A DNA stretch of 64,000 bases, taken from assembly GCA_036507075.1 (NCBI GenBank), contig DASXQR010000146.1, positions 1 through 64,000 of the forward strand. Reading direction: 5' to 3'. The DNA is from Acidobacteriota bacterium (GTDB lineage: Bacteria; Acidobacteriota; UBA6911; JACQSX01). The translations under genes and the position numbers were made by a program. This document shows positions 60,280 to 64,000 of the stretch, in pieces (within the stretch, counting starts at the first letter, position 1; each line of letters opens with the position of its first letter). Under the pieces are notes generated by a model, which saw only the letters and a list, made by a program, of their open reading frames with translations, was not told where the DNA came from and did not search any database.

Positions 60280-61743
60280 GTGCGGCGCTTGGTGAGTGAG
60301 GTGCAGCGGGCTAACGAGGCTTTGGGCGAAGAATTGAAGAGAGTCCAGGAAAAGCTCGGCATTCCCGAGCAACTCCTTAGGGAAATTGAGGCTAGCAGGC
60401 TGCCCAACGAGGAAAGCCGTATCTGGCACCAACAAGTTGAAGGGGCACCCCCAACAGCTTATCTTGACGATCTTGCCGCCTCTGGTCTAGAAGAATTACG
60501 CTCGTTAGTGGACAGAGCCTGGTTGAGCGATCAAGCGGCTCGAACATATCGGCTTGGGACTGAGTTTCTATCCACGCCCCTCCACATTCTGAATGGGCAG
60601 AGATTCATCTCTACAAAGCAAGTGAGTCCTCAGCGCTTTGCTCAAATGATCTTAGTGTGCCGGGATCATTTGGCCAAGCGCGATGATCTTGATTTCTTTG
60701 CAGCCCCTCTTCTGGTGACTGAAATCGCAATGTTGGGGAATCATCTAGACGATCTTCGATTCCTCGGCAAGCATGCAGCAACGAAGGTCAGTATGCTTCA
60801 ATCGATGATAGATGATGAGGTCAGTGCGACGGTTTACGAACTACTTGTGGGAGCTGCGTGTGTGAGGAGTGGATTAGATCTGGAGATGCTGATTCCGGAG
60901 TTGAACGCGAGGACGCCAGACTTTCGTGTACATAGCTTGAGTGTACCAGCTGTTATTGAATGCAAACGCCGTCTTGGTCCGTCGCAGTATGAAGTTAGAG
61001 AAGCTAATCATATCGAAATGCTCTACCACTCCGTAGTTCGGCCACTCACGAACGAGAGACATCTTCATGTATCAATAGAAATCGTGTTCACTGACGAAGT
61101 GGAAAGTGTTGGGCCTGAGCCTTTTGCGGCGGCTTTGCAGTCGCTGCTGAGGGCCAGCGATATGTCTGGGGAGTGTGAGGTCAATTGGGGCAAGCTTTCA
61201 TACGAAACTTTGCCCTATTATGACGACGTTGTACGCACGCGTCTGTATTCCCCTGATTTCATGGAAGGCGTTTTTGGCTGGTCAACCTGTCAGAGACGGT
61301 GGGATGGAATAATATGTGAAGTGGAACCACCTAATAGAATTATTGTCTCGAAGTATCGAGAGCCGCGGTGTCTGAAGTGGATGAGCAGGAGCCCTACTGC
61401 CGTCTTGAAGAAATCGCGCGGTATCACATCGCTCTGGGCAAAGGCCATCCGGCAGATTCCGGCTGGAGAGATGGGATTCGTTTACCTAGCTTATCCGGAA
61501 GGGGGTGGGACCGAAATAGCGGATGCAAGGTCATCCCATATCATAGATACCTGTAAAGAATGGAGGCATCGTTGGACGATAACCGTTCCACTCACAATGG
61601 TTAACCGGCTTTATATGAGAACGTTTGGCCCAGGCAGTCCCGATTTGATCGAGAGCACTCTTGTATTCGTAGAGGGCAATTCGCACCATTTTTTGAAGGA
61701 TTTTCCCACCTGTGTCTTTACGGTCCCGCCACGGCGCTCTTAA
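60280..61743 (+). CDS. Hypothetical protein with PD-(D/E)xK nuclease-like motif
   Basis: YELLV...RTPDF...VIECKR; frame is open from ~60130, so start uncertain; TGnTATAAT at 60104-60112. Confidence 0.7.
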   Translation: MRRLVSEVQRANEALGEELKRVQEKLGIPEQLLREIEASRLPNEESRIWHQQVEGAPPTAYLDDLAASGLEELRSLVDRAWLSDQAARTYRLGTEFLSTPLHILNGQRFISTKQVSPQRFAQMILVCRDHLAKRDDLDFFAAPLLVTEIAMLGNHLDDLRFLGKHAATKVSMLQSMIDDEVSATVYELLVGAACVRSGLDLEMLIPELNARTPDFRVHSLSVPAVIECKRRLGPSQYEVREANHIEMLYHSVVRPLTNERHLHVSIEIVFTDEVESVGPEPFAAALQSLLRASDMSGECEVNWGKLSYETLPYYDDVVRTRLYSPDFMEGVFGWSTCQRRWDGIICEVEPPNRIIVSKYREPRCLKWMSRSPTAVLKKSRGITSLWAKAIRQIPAGEMGFVYLAYPEGGGTEIADARSSHIIDTCKEWRHRWTITVPLTMVNRLYMRTFGPGSPDLIESTLVFVEGNSHHFLKDFPTCVFTVPPRRS

Positions 61744-61797
61744 TGCGGGGATTCGGATTATTTATGACCGAGACGACCGCTAGCTGCCGATGGTCTC

Positions 61798-62055
61798 GTG
61801 AAGGAACCATCCCTGCTGGAACTGGGCCAAACTGTGGTGAACAGGGTGAATCGAGTAGTCATAATTATTAACGCAAAGCGACTTTTCGTCGAATGGGCCG
61901 ATCGCTTCGATGACGGCGGTAAGTCTTTCGGAGTGCAGATTCGGCTGAACTGCCTTTCTCGTTCCGGTATTCGAATGTGACGAAAATTTCCCCACATTCA
62001 TCAAGGCTCATTACGCCGAGATTTTTGAGAACGCACTTGAGACTTGGATGCTGAA
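61798..62055 (+). pseudogene. Frameshifted remnant of a small hypothetical gene
   Basis: VNRVVIIINAKRLFVEW and, in another frame, IFENALETW resemble a short conserved hypothetical family. Confidence 0.4.
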
Positions 62056-62245
62056 GTCTCGGTCAGGGTCCGGTTGAGATCGAACGGTGAAGGGTTCCCG
62101 AAGTGCAAAACTTTCTGTAGTTAAAAACGTAGCTACAAGGGCTACGGGCTTCAATAAATCGCAACAGGTTTCAATAAGAATGCCATAAGCGCTTGAAAAG
62201 TAAGTAGTTGGAAATAGGCAATTTGCGGCGTTTGCCGCGAACGGA

Positions 62246-62290
62246 CTTACAAGCAGGAGGTCCGCGGTTCGAGCCCGCGAGCGCCCACCA
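62246..62290 (+). repeat. attR: 3' half of tRNA-Val
   Basis: CTTACAAGCAGGAGGTCCGCGGTTCGAGCCCGCGAGCGCCCACCA; 4 differences from 23762-23806. Confidence 0.92.
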
Positions 62291-62722
62291 ATGTTTTCGA
62301 TGCTTTACGGCCATTTTTTGATGGCCTGGAAATGCCTGGGGTGAACCCCTTGGGGTGGACCCCTCCTCTGGCCGACAAACCATGGCAACTAGCGCTGCCC
62401 GATTCATCAGGGATTGCGGACTGCAAGGTGCCATCTAAGTTATCCCGAGGGTACCCAGGGAATTTGACTTTCACTTTGGCGGGGCACCTCTGGAATGACC
62501 AGAACTGGCGAGGGACAAAGTCGGCGAAAAAGACGTGCGCGGGGAGGGAAAAAACAGGTACCCAGGAGGGAAAACGCAGACTTCCGAAAACAATCTCAGT
62601 AATGGCAGCTACTTACGTACTTCACCTGTGACAGGCAAACGCAAACCCTGTTTTCCTATACGACCACACCGAGAAATTTTTCTGTATTACCCGCAACACC
62701 GGTTCCAGCATAATATGTCGTC

Positions 62723-63046
62723 ATGCGAATTGCGGGCGGGTCAGCGAAGCTGAAGCATGCAGTTCTCCCGCTGGCTGCGGTTCTGTTTTTGGCCTTTACC
62801 GCCGAATACGGACACCTGGTCGAAGAATCCGTCGCGCATGCTGCGGCAACGGGCGCAAGAACACCTGCTCCGAACGGCCACAGGTGCCACAACTGCGTCA
62901 CGTCGCAGCCCCAGATAGACTCCCCAAGCTGCTCTTTTCAGGCCTCTTTCTCGGTGCTTGAAATTGCGCCGATTCGTCAGACGCGCGGGCCGGTCTCTCT
63001 GGCGCTGCGCGAACTCCCAGCCAACCGGGCGCCTCCTTCCAACTAA
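62723..63046 (+). CDS. DUF2946-like leader protein (HxCxxC ... RAPP)
   Basis: Hydrophobic N-terminus, HRCHNC, ends RAPPSN; start uncertain. Confidence 0.7.
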   Translation: MRIAGGSAKLKHAVLPLAAVLFLAFTAEYGHLVEESVAHAAATGARTPAPNGHRCHNCVTSQPQIDSPSCSFQASFSVLEIAPIRQTRGPVSLALRELPANRAPPSN

Positions 63047-63276
63047 TAACACTCGTTGGCGTTCCTCTCTGATCGCGTTTTCGGCAGCCGGAGTCCCGAT
63101 TCCGCTGTTTGCGCGATTTGACCGGATCCATTTCATCTACAACCGAATTGCCGGCATTCCATCCGGCGGATGACGCGGTCCGTGCACTATGCCGATGGGC
63201 AACCAACGCAGAGGGTGCCGCGCGGCAAGGTCGGGGGGCAGTTTCCGGTTTCGATTTCTGAGCTTGTGGAGAATTT

Positions 63277-64000
63277 ATGTTACCTAAAAGGAATTTCCTG
63301 GAATCTATCGGTCTGATTTTCGCCGTTTGCCTGTTGCAGGTTCCTGCATTGGCACAGGCTGGCGCGACTGGGACTGTTCACGGTGTAGTCACGCTCGAAG
63401 ACTCGGGCAAGCCCATCCACGGCGTGTCGGTCACGATCATTGAATTGCGCGCCTCGGCAGTCACCGGTGATGACGGTTCGTACGAGATCAAAAACGTGCC
63501 CCCGGGTACGTACACTGTTATGGCCCATCTGGACAGGGTTCCCGACGTTGTGCAAACCGTCCAGGTGCCGGGCGGCGCCACAGTGGAAGCCGGTTTCAAG
63601 ATCCGGCTGAGAGCCGCCGGGGAAAAAGTAACGGTAACGGCCAGCGGAAGCGAGGAGACCTTTCTCAACACGATTTCACCCGTGACCTCTCTGGACTCAA
63701 CCGACTTGCTGGAAAAAAACACTCAATCACTGGGTGAGGCGCTCGATCACGAACTGGGAATTGCCAAGCGCACATTCGGGCCCGGAACCTCCCGGCCCGT
63801 GCTGCGCGGCTTCGATGGAGACCGGGTACTTGTCTTGCAGGATGGAAATCAAATCGGATCCCTTGGCTTCCAGTCCGGCGATCATGCCGAGCCGATCGAT
63901 GTTTTGACCGTCGATAAGCTTGAAGTAGTAAAGGGCCCGGCCACACTTCTTTATGGCAGCAATGCCATCGGTGGCGTGGTCAACGCCATTACCGGGCATG
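63277..64000 (+). CDS. TonB-dependent receptor, ZnuD-like plug (runs off window; not in ORF track)
   Basis: MLPKRNF...; SLGEAL, FGPGTSRPVLRGFDGDRV, GDHAEPID, EVVKGPATLLYGSNAIGGVVN. Confidence 0.9.
   Translation, partial: MLPKRNFLESIGLIFAVCLLQVPALAQAGATGTVHGVVTLEDSGKPIHGVSVTIIELRASAVTGDDGSYEIKNVPPGTYTVMAHLDRVPDVVQTVQVPGGATVEAGFKIRLRAAGEKVTVTASGSEETFLNTISPVTSLDSTDLLEKNTQSLGEALDHELGIAKRTFGPGTSRPVLRGFDGDRVLVLQDGNQIGSLGFQSGDHAEPIDVLTVDKLEVVKGPATLLYGSNAIGGVVNAITGH

Larger units (their letters stand above)
23762..62290. mobile_element. ~38.5 kb genomic island integrated at tRNA-Val(TAC)
   Basis: Direct repeat of the tRNA 3' half (23762-23806 vs 62246-62290); accessory and mobility gene content; host REP families not seen inside. 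Confidence 0.88.

Overview
The window looks like an Acidobacteriota-type chromosome (inferred from gene content). The left ~23.7 kb is core-like: an RRM protein, a PQQ dehydrogenase, TPR/CRTAC1 pairs, two Oar-like TonB-dependent receptors, a GWxTD protein, a DUF3604-type hydrolase and a DSD1-family PLP enzyme, with many REP-like repeats. A ~38.5 kb genomic island lies between an intact tRNA-Val(TAC) (23730-23806) and its duplicated 3' half (62246-62290). The island carries (i) a defence-like block: YaaC-like gene, RHH + DUF4007 + large ATPase + PAPS-reductase (SspBCD-like, with no SspE/SspFGH), a convergent HTH + MORC/GHKL ATPase pair, a small DUF1508 gene, and a caspase fused to a Ski2-like helicase; (ii) a nested mobilisable module with serine recombinase, RadC, Dam-like MTase, coupling ATPase, Replic_Relax and tyrosine integrase; (iii) a TerY-P-like triad whose vWA is fused to a NYN/PIN RNase, followed by surface-protein, NYN and PD-(D/E)xK genes. 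A 5'-half tRNA-Val copy (19549-19586) brackets the upstream TonB receptor gene. The right end has a CxxC/RAPP leader gene before a truncated ZnuD-like TonB receptor. The best candidates for an undescribed system are the caspase-helicase fusion, the Ssp-like module with GHKL ATPase neighbours, and the RNase-vWA TerY-P variant. All family calls come from motif recognition by eye; no searches were run.
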